DNA from: a virus
Taxonomy: Duplodnaviria; Caudoviricetes
IMG/VR virus record: IMGVR_UViG_3300011116_001234
Coordinates: 2,212-66,211 of that record
Length of the DNA: 64,000 nucleotides
Direction: 5' to 3' (one strand)
The notes under the pieces are model-generated. The model made no database searches, had not been told where the DNA came from, and was given only the letters and a program-made list of their open reading frames with translations. Position numbers and translations under genes: made by a program. This document shows, piece by piece, positions 17,130 through 25,518 of the stretch. Within the stretch, counting starts at the first letter, position 1. The number at the start of each line of letters is the position of its first letter.

Positions 17130-17322
17130 TAAGAGAGACACCCATCACATCAGTCGGGAACCGCACCCGAATCACGAAATTATCAATATGTGTTTTTCTG
17201 ATTCCTAGCTTTTGCTCAAGGCCGTTATTCTATAAAATTAGCTACTTACTAGGTTTAAACTACTAATCCGATGATGGACTCATTTCTTAAAATAAATCTG
17301 AATCCGTTCTGTGTCTCTCTTA
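17130..17322 (-). ncRNA. Candidate tRNA-like structured RNA
   Basis: 12-bp closing stem, T-arm-like TCGGG TGCGGTT CCCGA, promoter TTTAGA-17-TATTCT directly upstream. Confidence 0.55.
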
Positions 17323-17557
17323 CAAACATAGAATAGCAACTCGGAGATCAAATCTAAAACTTTACTTTCATTTTTTTGTCGTTTCTGCGTTTTCAAGAAT
17401 CTTTGCTGCATGATAGCACAAAACCAATAAATCCTGAGAAAAGAAATTACCTAACCCTTCCGCAATTTGTTGTTTTGTGTGCCCATAACGCATTCTTGTT
17501 CGTATTGCTTTAATGCATTCGTCAATATCTGTGTTCATATTTTCTCATTATCGGCCA

Positions 17558-17893
17558 TCAAGCACGACCATAATCGTCTTGATAACGTTTGATATCGCTT
17601 TCTTCGCAAATACCCATTTGAACTTCTATTAGTTCAACGTCTTCACTAGCAACAATCCGATGCTTGTGAGTTTTTGGAACAAAGAGGTATTGTCCTGTTT
17701 GTACTGGATGCTGCTCACCATTTAGCTCAACAACACCTGTACCGCTTACCACAACCCAGTGCTCATCTCTGTGATCATGAGATTGCAAGCTTAGTCTGCA
17801 ACCCTTTTTAACAAAGAGTTTTTTAATTTTGTAGTTTGAACCTTGTTCGATTGTTTCAAACCATCCCCAAGGTCTTTCTTCTCTTTCTTTCAT
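17558..17893 (-). CDS. Cupin, mannose-6-phosphate isomerase type II C-terminal-like
   Basis: ERPWG, LSLQSH..RDEHW, IEVQ, DDYGR. Confidence 0.9.
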   Translation of the reverse strand: MKEREERPWGWFETIEQGSNYKIKKLFVKKGCRLSLQSHDHRDEHWVVVSGTGVVELNGEQHPVQTGQYLFVPKTHKHRIVASEDVELIEVQMGICEESDIKRYQDDYGRA

Positions 17894-17973
17894 TTTGTTT
17901 CTCTTTCTTTGGAACTTGTGTTTGTGTGCGGTGTCCAACAATAGACACCTATTTGGTTGTCAACGGAGTAAAT

Positions 17974-19344
17974 ATGTCAATACAACAAACACCATCAATA
18001 AACGTTGTTGATCTACATGAGTTCGATAAACAAGGCACTTCAACTATCGAAGTTTGTGTGCTTTGGGGTTCTTCTGTTCTCCATGTATCACATATCAACC
18101 AAAACGAAAGGTTTGTGCTAGCTAGCGAAAATACTATAAAGGATTGCAATCGTTTTGTTGTTGGGTCTGATGTTATTGGTGATTTAAAAGAAGTTCCTGT
18201 TGTAGTCAACGGCCAAGATGGAGCCAAGTTTATAGTCAACCAAGAACAGTTGGAGATAAAAGCAGAAGAGCGTTATCTCGCAACCTTTGGTAACCTAACA
18301 ATCGTTGCCAAACAAGTTGTGCAAGGCAAAAAGATTCCTCGCTCCAGAAAACATGACAAAACAATGTTGATTACTAGCTTGTGTTCCGCTATCGTTGTTT
18401 TTGCAACAATACTTGCAACACATTTTCTAGTTGATATAAACAACAGTCTTTTGGTTCAAGGAAACGAAGAAGATCGTTTAAATGAACTTCGTGGCTTTAT
18501 GCAGCGTCAACAAGAACGTCAACAAGAACAACAAACTATCCCAACCGAAAATACTCAACAAGGTGCAGCAAGTGCTGCTCATACAGGTCCATCTGGTCAA
18601 ATGGGAAACCATCAAGCACCCCAAAGAAACACTCGCAGAGCCATTATAAACAATGGAGAACAGCCTCATCTAACTCGTCAAGCTGCAAGAGATGCCGTTG
18701 CTAATAGAGGAATCTTTGCTGCTCTTGGTTCTCCCGGTGGAGCATCTGGTGGTTCATCTGGTATTGTATCTCCATTCGGAGGAATGACAGAATCTGGACC
18801 AGATAATCACAACGCAAATGGCAACCTAATAGGAGATTCTATTGGAGATGCCTTTGGATATAATGGATTAGGTCCAACTGGAACAGGTTGGGGAGGAGGA
18901 GATAGAGATGAACAAACTATTGGTGCTGGACCTTTAGGTACAATCGGTCATGATGGCAATCAAAGATATGGTATAGATCGAGGAACCAATCTACGGAATC
19001 GTGACCGTCACGGCCCAATAGTTCGTGCAGCAGCCCCAAATGTGATTGGTCTACTATCACCAGAATCAATCCGTAGAGTTGTCCTTCGCAACCTTTCTCA
19101 AGTTACTCATTGCCATGAACAAGGATTGATTCAGAATCCATCTCTAGAAGGCCGTGTAGTCGTTCGTTTTGCCATTGGTGGCAATGGTACTATCCTAGCC
19201 TCTAACGTGGCAGAAAGCACCCTTCCAGAGCCTTCTGTGGCCCAATGCATTGCTGGTGCTGTAAGACGCTGGCAGTTTCCTACTCCAGAAGGTAATGGAG
19301 TTGTTATCGTAAACTATCCATTCAATCTTCAACATCCAGAATGA
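17974..19344 (+). CDS. AgmX/PglI C-terminal domain (GltG/TonB-like) membrane protein
   Basis: One TM helix, Gly-rich linker, IRRVV..N..Q..HCHEQGL..NPSLEGRVVVRFAI...CIAGAVRRWQFP; GGAG before 17974. Confidence 0.85.
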   Translation: MSIQQTPSINVVDLHEFDKQGTSTIEVCVLWGSSVLHVSHINQNERFVLASENTIKDCNRFVVGSDVIGDLKEVPVVVNGQDGAKFIVNQEQLEIKAEERYLATFGNLTIVAKQVVQGKKIPRSRKHDKTMLITSLCSAIVVFATILATHFLVDINNSLLVQGNEEDRLNELRGFMQRQQERQQEQQTIPTENTQQGAASAAHTGPSGQMGNHQAPQRNTRRAIINNGEQPHLTRQAARDAVANRGIFAALGSPGGASGGSSGIVSPFGGMTESGPDNHNANGNLIGDSIGDAFGYNGLGPTGTGWGGGDRDEQTIGAGPLGTIGHDGNQRYGIDRGTNLRNRDRHGPIVRAAAPNVIGLLSPESIRRVVLRNLSQVTHCHEQGLIQNPSLEGRVVVRFAIGGNGTILASNVAESTLPEPSVAQCIAGAVRRWQFPTPEGNGVVIVNYPFNLQHPE

Positions 19345-19348
19345 TAAA

Positions 19349-19384
19349 AGAAAACCCCAGAAGATTTCTCCTCTGGGGTTCTTT
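19349..19384. terminator. Bidirectional terminator
   Basis: AACCCCAGA...TCTGGGGTT with A and T tracts. Confidence 0.8.
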
Positions 19385-19385
19385 A

Positions 19386-19443
19386 TTACAAACTTTTTTT
19401 CATTTTCTATCTTTTCATGTATTTCGCCATGACAGTTAGAACA
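19386..19443 (-). pseudogene. C-terminal remnant of an HNH endonuclease
   Basis: Reads CSNCHGEIHEKIENEKKF; fused to truncated tRNA-Gly. Confidence 0.65.
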
Positions 19444-19444
19444 T

Positions 19445-19498
19445 GAACCGATAACATCACGTTGGAAGCGTGAGGTTTTACCATTAAACTAACCCCGC
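19445..19498 (-). pseudogene. Truncated tRNA-Gly(TCC)
   Basis: Intact up to ATCGGTTC; 3' T-stem and acceptor strand missing. Confidence 0.8.
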
Positions 19499-19501
19499 AA
19501 G

Positions 19502-19573
19502 TAGGCGCAACTAGATTTGAACTCGTATGAACAATGTGAAAAACTGTTATCCTAACCATTAGATGATGGAACC
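19502..19573 (-). pseudogene. Degenerate tRNA-Glu(TTC)
   Basis: D and anticodon arms present; acceptor and T stems mispaired. Confidence 0.7.
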
Positions 19574-19577
19574 AGAG

Positions 19578-19661
19578 TGGAGCGTCTGAGAATCGAACTC
19601 AGTAGATCGAAAGATCGCCGGTTTTACAGACCGGTGCCCCGTCCAGTGAGGCGCACGCTCC
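19578..19661 (-). tRNA. tRNA-Tyr(GTA)
   Basis: Cloverleaf with long variable arm. Confidence 0.9.
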
Positions 19662-19766
19662 AAATGACTTACTCACAGTGAAGTCAGACTGAGATGTTGT
19701 ACCTTACATCCATTACAATCAGCAAGCTAGATTGGTGCTCCATTTATTAACCGCATGGATACGGGG

Positions 19767-19851
19767 CAGAAGGTGAGGGATTCGAACCCCCGGTGCCTCT
19801 CGACACTTCGGTTTTCAAGACCGACGTTTTAAACCGCTCAACCAACCTTCT
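19767..19851 (-). tRNA. tRNA-Ser(TGA)
   Basis: Long variable arm, G discriminator. Confidence 0.93.
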
Positions 19852-19908
19852 AAGTCAACCTACCACTAACTCAATCAACCTTATTGTCAAAGAACCAAAC
19901 TACTTGAG

Positions 19909-19982
19909 TCGGAGCGACACGGATCGAACGTGCGTCATCTTCATCCCAAATGAAGTGCCTGAAACCACTAGGCTACGCTCCG
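19909..19982 (-). tRNA. tRNA-Pro(TGG)
   Basis: CGGAGCG/CGCTCCG acceptor, TTTGGGA loop. Confidence 0.92.
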
Positions 19983-20182
19983 ATATTGTTTCTGCGATTA
20001 AGTGATATGTTGTTTTGTATCCTAATCGTTTTATTGTTCAATGTCCAAATCTCACCGTTATCCATCGCACAGACATACAACAAATCATGTTCTTGTGAGT
20101 AATCGATAACTAAAAAAGCGTATCCTTTCATTTCATCTGATACACGGATTATGGGCAACGTGGGATTCAACTGAAGCATCAT
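19973..20182 (-). CDS. Hypothetical protein
   Basis: Coupled to upstream ORF; 3' end overlaps tRNA-Pro. Confidence 0.7.
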   Translation of the reverse strand: MMLQLNPTLPIIRVSDEMKGYAFLVIDYSQEHDLLYVCAMDNGEIWTLNNKTIRIQNNISLNRRNNIGA

Positions 20183-20448
20183 GGATCGATTTCATTGTCG
20201 CAATCGAAACAGTGATCACTTTCTGGTATAGTTACCAGTTTCGTTGTTCCATCTTTTTGTGGAATAACAAACGTGCAGGTTGCTGCATCATATTCAACAT
20301 CTTTGTTGCATCTTTTGCACTGATATGTTCTTGCGTCAAAGATCTTTCTACGATTGCAGTTTTTGCATTTTAATGGATCACCGCTCCAATGACTGCTAAA
20401 TGTTGTCTCTTGTTTGCAATGCTCGCAAAGTGCATTTTTATAAAGCAT
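20179..20448 (-). CDS. Multi-CxxC zinc-ribbon protein
   Basis: Four CxxC pairs. Confidence 0.7.
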   Translation of the reverse strand: MLYKNALCEHCKQETTFSSHWSGDPLKCKNCNRRKIFDARTYQCKRCNKDVEYDAATCTFVIPQKDGTTKLVTIPESDHCFDCDNEIDP

Positions 20449-20482
20449 GTTCTTGTGCTATTCTTTTTGTGGGCGACGGCGT

Positions 20483-20779
20483 TTATTTCACCTTGCAGTT
20501 AAAACAGTTGAACTCTGGTGGGTGTCCATCGTCAAAAGTTCGAGTACTATGCCAGTACCCCTCCCTGCCAGTTGAGAAGTTGATCTCGTCGGTTCCCAAA
20601 AGGGCCGACAAAGCGTTCAATTGCTGGAAGGTTAGGATATGCCCTTGTTGGGCCACAAAGGCAACACAATAACCCCTTTCTGGGTCTTTGTGCTCTGCAT
20701 AGTAGTTTGGCTTGAACCCAAACAAATCCTTGATACTCTTTTCAAACAAGTAGGCTTTAGGATTGATTGTTTGTGACAT
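20483..20779 (-). CDS. Hypothetical protein
   Basis: ORF in co-oriented run. Confidence 0.65.
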   Translation of the reverse strand: MSQTINPKAYLFEKSIKDLFGFKPNYYAEHKDPERGYCVAFVAQQGHILTFQQLNALSALLGTDEINFSTGREGYWHSTRTFDDGHPPEFNCFNCKVK

Positions 20780-20818
20780 TGGGTGTCTCTGCTCCGTAAA
20801 CTTTTCCCGTAATGTTTG

Positions 20819-20867
20819 TGCAAGCGACGGGACTTGAACCCGTATGCCCGAAGGCGAGAGATTTTAG
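20819..20867 (-). pseudogene. 3' half of a tRNA-Leu
   Basis: Begins at anticodon loop (TAAAATCTCT); long variable arm, T arm, CGCTTGC-A. Confidence 0.8.
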
Positions 20868-20942
20868 TAGCCACAGTGGGATTCGAACCCACACTTTGGA
20901 GATTTTAAGTCTCCTGCCTGCTGCCGGTTGGGCTATGTGGCC
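20868..20942 (-). tRNA. tRNA-Leu(TAA), short variable arm
   Basis: Cloverleaf, CTTAAAA loop; own TTTACA-17-TAGAGT promoter. Confidence 0.9.
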
Positions 20943-21053
20943 GTTTGTTATATCTTTACTCTAACACTTCTTTTTCAGATTGTAAATCTATTTCTTTTTG
21001 CGGTATACTTATTTATAGTGTCGAATCAATGCCTCTGCCATATGGAGTATACT

Positions 21054-21851
21054 ATGCCTAAATCTAAAACTTGGACAGATGACCAACTAATCTTTGCTGT
21101 AAAATCTTCTTATTCTATTGCTAGCGTTCTTTTGCAGCTTGGTTTGAAAGCTACTGGTGGTAACTATAAAACCATTCAAAATGCCGTAAAACGTTTGCAG
21201 CTAAATACATCACATTGGACAGGCAAAGGACATTTACGAGGAAAAACTCATAACTGGGCTCCTATGAGGGATTTTGAAGATATTTTAGTTGAAGATAGCA
21301 ACTACGTTTCTACTTTCAGTTTGAAACATCGCTTGTTAAGGGCGAATCTTTTATCTTATGAATGTTCAGTTTGTCATATATCTTCTTGGCAAGGCAAAGA
21401 ACTAGCCTTGCAACTAGATCACATAAATGGGATAAACAACGATCATCGTTTGGAAAACTTAAGGTTGTTATGTCCTAACTGTCATTCACAAACAGATACA
21501 TTTGCGGGAAAGAATAAAAAGAAGATGGTAGGGCCGGAGGGACTTGAACCCCCAGTTGCGATTTCCGCTGCTGCTCTTGAGGCAGCCGTGTCTGCCATTC
21601 CACCACGACCCCAGAATCAATGCAATAAATGTCAAAGACCTATTCAAAAACGTTCAAACAGATGCACGTATTGTAAAACAGATGAAAAGATTGTTTGGCC
21701 CTCGAAAGAGGAACTTGAAAAGTTAGTTTGGTCAACATCGTGTTCAAAACTATCACAACAACTTGGTGTTTCTGATAAGGCTATTGAAAAACGATGTAAA
21801 AAACTAGGTATTTCGAAACCTCCAAGGGGCTATTGGGCCAAACAACATTAG
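21054..21851 (+). CDS. HNH homing endonuclease with C-terminal Zn finger and HTH
   Basis: LQLDHING..NDHRLENLRLLCPNCH; GGAG before 21054. Confidence 0.92.
   Translation: MPKSKTWTDDQLIFAVKSSYSIASVLLQLGLKATGGNYKTIQNAVKRLQLNTSHWTGKGHLRGKTHNWAPMRDFEDILVEDSNYVSTFSLKHRLLRANLLSYECSVCHISSWQGKELALQLDHINGINNDHRLENLRLLCPNCHSQTDTFAGKNKKKMVGPEGLEPPVAISAAALEAAVSAIPPRPQNQCNKCQRPIQKRSNRCTYCKTDEKIVWPSKEELEKLVWSTSCSKLSQQLGVSDKAIEKRCKKLGISKPPRGYWAKQH
21526..21612 (-). tRNA. tRNA-Leu(CAA), antisense inside the HNH ORF
   Basis: Full 87-nt class II cloverleaf with CCA. Confidence 0.92.
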
Positions 21852-21881
21852 CTCCTGTGTCTGCCATTCCACCACAAGGGC
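21850..21881 (-). pseudogene. 5' half of a tRNA-Leu
   Basis: GCCCTTGTGGTGGAATGGCAGACACAGGAGCT, broken at the HNH stop; promoter upstream. Confidence 0.8.
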
Positions 21882-21937
21882 TCTGTCGTTATCTGCATTC
21901 TTACTCTAGCAGTCTCTTATTCGTTTGTAAAACTATT

Positions 21938-22192
21938 TCAGATTTTTTCTGCCAATCCTTTTTTTGTGTATACACGCTCTACTTCAACAATCTCCATCGG
22001 AGCAGAATATGGCAATGTTCGATTATGGGTTTTTGCCAGTTTGTTGCAATTGGTTACGTGTGTTTTTGCATCACCTAGACGATCCCATACACGGGCTTCA
22101 TCTACTGTAGTCCAATCTTGGATTGAATGAACATATCCAACGGAATAGAAGCCTGTTGCTGGGTTGTAGATTGCGTAGTGTTTTGTGCTCAT
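21938..22192 (-). CDS. Hypothetical protein
   Basis: ORF in co-oriented run. Confidence 0.65.
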   Translation of the reverse strand: MSTKHYAIYNPATGFYSVGYVHSIQDWTTVDEARVWDRLGDAKTHVTNCNKLAKTHNRTLPYSAPMEIVEVERVYTKKGLAEKI

Positions 22193-22198
22193 GTTACA

Positions 22199-22585
22199 TT
22201 ACCTATTCAGTATTTGATTTAGGAGTTGTTGTTCTCTAGCCCAACTATAGCTTTCACAAACGGTTTCTGGTTTAAGCCATTCACCATTATCATCTTTTTC
22301 TTCTGTTCTGATCCAGAGAGAGATACCGCCCGTTGCATCGAAATCAATCATCACTACATCTCTTGATGTTGGCGTTTCATTGTTTGCTGCAACGATATGT
22401 CCAAGATGGGTTTGTCTTGAGAATATTCTCCAGCCTAAAACGTTAAGTCTTTGCTGTAAGTATGAATATACAAACTCAGTTGATCCTACTCTTGGGTAGG
22501 TAGCTACATATCTTGTTTGGTTCATACAGCCACTCATCATTGCAATCATCAAACAAAGATACAGCGTCGTGATTTGTTTGATCAT
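22199..22585 (-). CDS. Putative lipoprotein
   Basis: Hydrophobic N terminus ending MSGC. Confidence 0.65.
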   Translation of the reverse strand: MIKQITTLYLCLMIAMMSGCMNQTRYVATYPRVGSTEFVYSYLQQRLNVLGWRIFSRQTHLGHIVAANNETPTSRDVVMIDFDATGGISLWIRTEEKDDNGEWLKPETVCESYSWAREQQLLNQILNR

Positions 22586-22597
22586 TTATCTCTTTAG

Positions 22598-22671
22598 TAC
22601 GCTCTACTGGGCTCGAACCAGTGACCTACGGCTTAGAAGGCCGTTGCTCTATCCAACTGAGCTAAGAGCGC
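22598..22671 (-). tRNA. tRNA-Arg(TCT)
   Basis: Canonical cloverleaf; TTTACA-17-TATAGT promoter. Confidence 0.95.
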
Positions 22672-22857
22672 ATTGTTTATCTCTCGTTATCGGGAGATAA
22701 TACAACTATATCAATAGTATATTCTTTTGTAAAGGTTATTTTTCTTTTCCAAGAGAAAAGAAGAAACTGATGATTAATGCCACAAAAACAAGGATATATT
22801 TTGTGACTGACATATAAGTTTTGGTGGCCTCCTAGATAAATATATGTCTTATTGCAG

Positions 22858-25314
22858 TTATCGCAAGAAACCTAGAGTATACACAAGAGGTCGCATACGA
22901 TTCTCAAACGCCTTATATGCATCCCTAAATGCCTTGAACTCCAACTTGTGATAATCCTTCCAAATCAACTTAAGCTGTGCATATCCAGCATCCCAACAAT
23001 CCAAGTGATATTCTGGATGCTGTTGAGAAACAATCTGACGCATACCAAATGACTTCTCTACAAGTTCTGTTGCCATGTCCAACACACGCTTGGCATCTGG
23101 AGAAAGCTTGTTATATACATCGTTGGCTTGCAGCAAACTTCCAGACTTAATGAACAGCATGTTGTGAACATAACGATCGTTGCCGCTATTCTTTGTATCA
23201 CGATAAAGCTCATCGTAATCATGCTTCTCCGCTAGCTCTTGCATCCTGATCTTTGGCATCCAGAAGAACTCATTCTTGATGTCATGCTTTTTGTTCTTGT
23301 AGGTTACTTGCCGCATCGAAGACTGTTGCGAACTATTGTTGAATAGTGCATATACAAGCGAGTCAGTGGCAAACTGCTGGTAGTCTGTGTGTTGTTCGTT
23401 GGGAGCAAGATATTCGTCCTTGTCATCAATCCACGTTCCCTTTACAGCTTTTCTTGCGGCGAACAGTGCTGTGGCCTTGTCAAAGTTAGCTGGAATGACT
23501 GAAAAACCTTGATGAACTGAGAATGCGCTGGAATAAAGACCGACGAGAGTTTGGTTTTGCTTAATACTGTTAGAGTCATTATGCATATACCCAATGGCGT
23601 TTGTCAGGAGTTTACCTCTTCCATGCTTGACAGACAAAGCTGAAGAAAGTTGTGGAGAATCAGAGTTTGTCTTTAATCCTTTTATTTCTTTACGCACCCA
23701 CTCAGAAGCCTCCATGCTTTTATCAAGGTTATAGAGATTCTTGACACCTTGGTTAATCACCTTGAAAGAAACAGGGTCGGTGTCCAATAGATCCACGGGT
23801 AGAGTATTTCTATTTTCCTTACCGCTCGACCACACAGAGAAATCTATTCCCCAGCTACTCGCAGTATCCGCAAAATGAGAGGCACAAAAAAGCATACCGC
23901 TTTCGAAGTGAAACTTTCTATAGAAGTTTGCTCGGAACCCAGAATAAGAGCTTCCAGTTTTATAAAGAGACTTCGCAAATACGGCAATAGTAATGTTTCC
24001 ATGTGTATTGTACTTGCTGATCTTATATAGAAATTGAGCATATAGTTGGATGGCTGCGCCGCCCCACTTTTCCTCCTTCATCAGCTTGCCAGTTAGGGTG
24101 TCGGCAATACCTGCCTTTTTAGCATCTGTAAGCACTTGATTGCCAGATGCTCCGTAGGGAGGATTGATATAGAACAACACCTTCTTCTTTGGGTCGCTGA
24201 GAGCAGCAAGCAACCCCGCTGGCAGCTTGCTATCGTCATCATTAAGAAAGTCGAACTGAAACTTTGTTGCGTTAGGGTTATACCCAGCTTGCTCGGCTGT
24301 GTCAAGATCGCTCTGTTCCAGTGTAGAACAATATAGCTCCTTGAACTGATAGTCTCTCGTTAGATTACCTGTTCCACAAGCGCAATCCCAAACAACATAT
24401 TCGTCTCTCCAATCAGGTCCAAGAGCACGGGTGATATATTCCTGAGACTTATCAACAAACGCTGTTGGAGTAAAGAACTCGCCCTTACGCCTTCGAGTAA
24501 CATCTTCGATAAGTCGATCAACGAATCCTGTTAGTTTTTCCTTTTCTCTTGGCGAATATGTTTCACCTTCATAGTGTTTGAAGAAGGAAGTAAACGAGCT
24601 ACCAATGATCTTTACTTCACCGAATGTTTTAGATAGAAGGATATTCTTCTTTTTCGGATGAACGTAGTTGTCGCTTGGATTGATGATAAGCTGAACGAAT
24701 AGGTTTGCTTCTTGATTGCTTGTAAGTCCAGAGTTCTTCGGCAGGACGTTCCTTTGGAAGTAATCGTAGATGTTTGCGATGTTTTGTTCGGTTACTCTGA
24801 CCTTGTATTCGGAGTTAGTTGCGATTGACTTGATTTTCTCGACGAGGTGTTTTTCTTCAAAACGGCTATCGATATTAAAGATAAATGGTTGAATGTCTGG
24901 GTCATTAACCATGGACAGAAGGAGGTCTGGATTGCGTCGATGTGCGTCGGACGCTGGAGTGTTCCAGTTAATAGGAGAGGTTAGATATTTGGTTAGAACC
25001 TTTGCTGGTAGCACAAAGCATTCGTTGATATCCCCGATAAAGACTGCTGTTGGCATAGTTGTGCCTTGCCCTTCAAACTTCTTAAGATAGAAGAGGGACT
25101 GAACGAGCACGTTACACTGAGCGAGTTTGCTTGTAAAGGTTTCGTTATGCTTGAACTCTAGAAGAACGCTATATCCTTCCTTTGTTTCCAGCAAACCATC
25201 AACCTTGTGAGGAGAGGTAATAGTTGATCCTGTGAAATTTTGGATAAGGCTTGCTCGGTAGATGTTTTCGACATCTTTTTCGTTGAGTGCCTTGGGCAGA
25301 TCAGTCTTGATCAT
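22858..25314 (-). CDS. Type IIG-like restriction-modification enzyme (nuclease plus amino-methyltransferase)
   Basis: VDG...LLEFK, GEFFTP, VWDCACGTGNL, NPPY. Confidence 0.85.
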   Translation of the reverse strand: MIKTDLPKALNEKDVENIYRASLIQNFTGSTITSPHKVDGLLETKEGYSVLLEFKHNETFTSKLAQCNVLVQSLFYLKKFEGQGTTMPTAVFIGDINECFVLPAKVLTKYLTSPINWNTPASDAHRRNPDLLLSMVNDPDIQPFIFNIDSRFEEKHLVEKIKSIATNSEYKVRVTEQNIANIYDYFQRNVLPKNSGLTSNQEANLFVQLIINPSDNYVHPKKKNILLSKTFGEVKIIGSSFTSFFKHYEGETYSPREKEKLTGFVDRLIEDVTRRRKGEFFTPTAFVDKSQEYITRALGPDWRDEYVVWDCACGTGNLTRDYQFKELYCSTLEQSDLDTAEQAGYNPNATKFQFDFLNDDDSKLPAGLLAALSDPKKKVLFYINPPYGASGNQVLTDAKKAGIADTLTGKLMKEEKWGGAAIQLYAQFLYKISKYNTHGNITIAVFAKSLYKTGSSYSGFRANFYRKFHFESGMLFCASHFADTASSWGIDFSVWSSGKENRNTLPVDLLDTDPVSFKVINQGVKNLYNLDKSMEASEWVRKEIKGLKTNSDSPQLSSALSVKHGRGKLLTNAIGYMHNDSNSIKQNQTLVGLYSSAFSVHQGFSVIPANFDKATALFAARKAVKGTWIDDKDEYLAPNEQHTDYQQFATDSLVYALFNNSSQQSSMRQVTYKNKKHDIKNEFFWMPKIRMQELAEKHDYDELYRDTKNSGNDRYVHNMLFIKSGSLLQANDVYNKLSPDAKRVLDMATELVEKSFGMRQIVSQQHPEYHLDCWDAGYAQLKLIWKDYHKLEFKAFRDAYKAFENRMRPLVYTLGFLR

Positions 25315-25518
25315 GATAGTTGCTACTTTCGGTGAGAGAGAGGTTTCTACCTTAGTATAGCTTATGGAAAGGGATAACTAAAGGAATAAGTTATGGTTCT
25401 GCTATGATTGTAAAAATATAGAGAACAACGAGGCCAAGATAAACGAAGAGGGCTGCTACAAGGATATAATCCAAGGAATCATCCAGTTTTTTCATGTTGG
25501 CATCTTTTCATTGTGGGA

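Noticed and set aside
19793-20892. ORFs 19793-20005 and 20632-20892 (also 40205-40415)
   Set aside because: They read through tRNA genes with no protein features.
20819-21881. Leu halves as one functional trans-spliced tRNA
   Set aside because: Acceptor strands GCCCTTG and CGCTTGC pair only 4/7.
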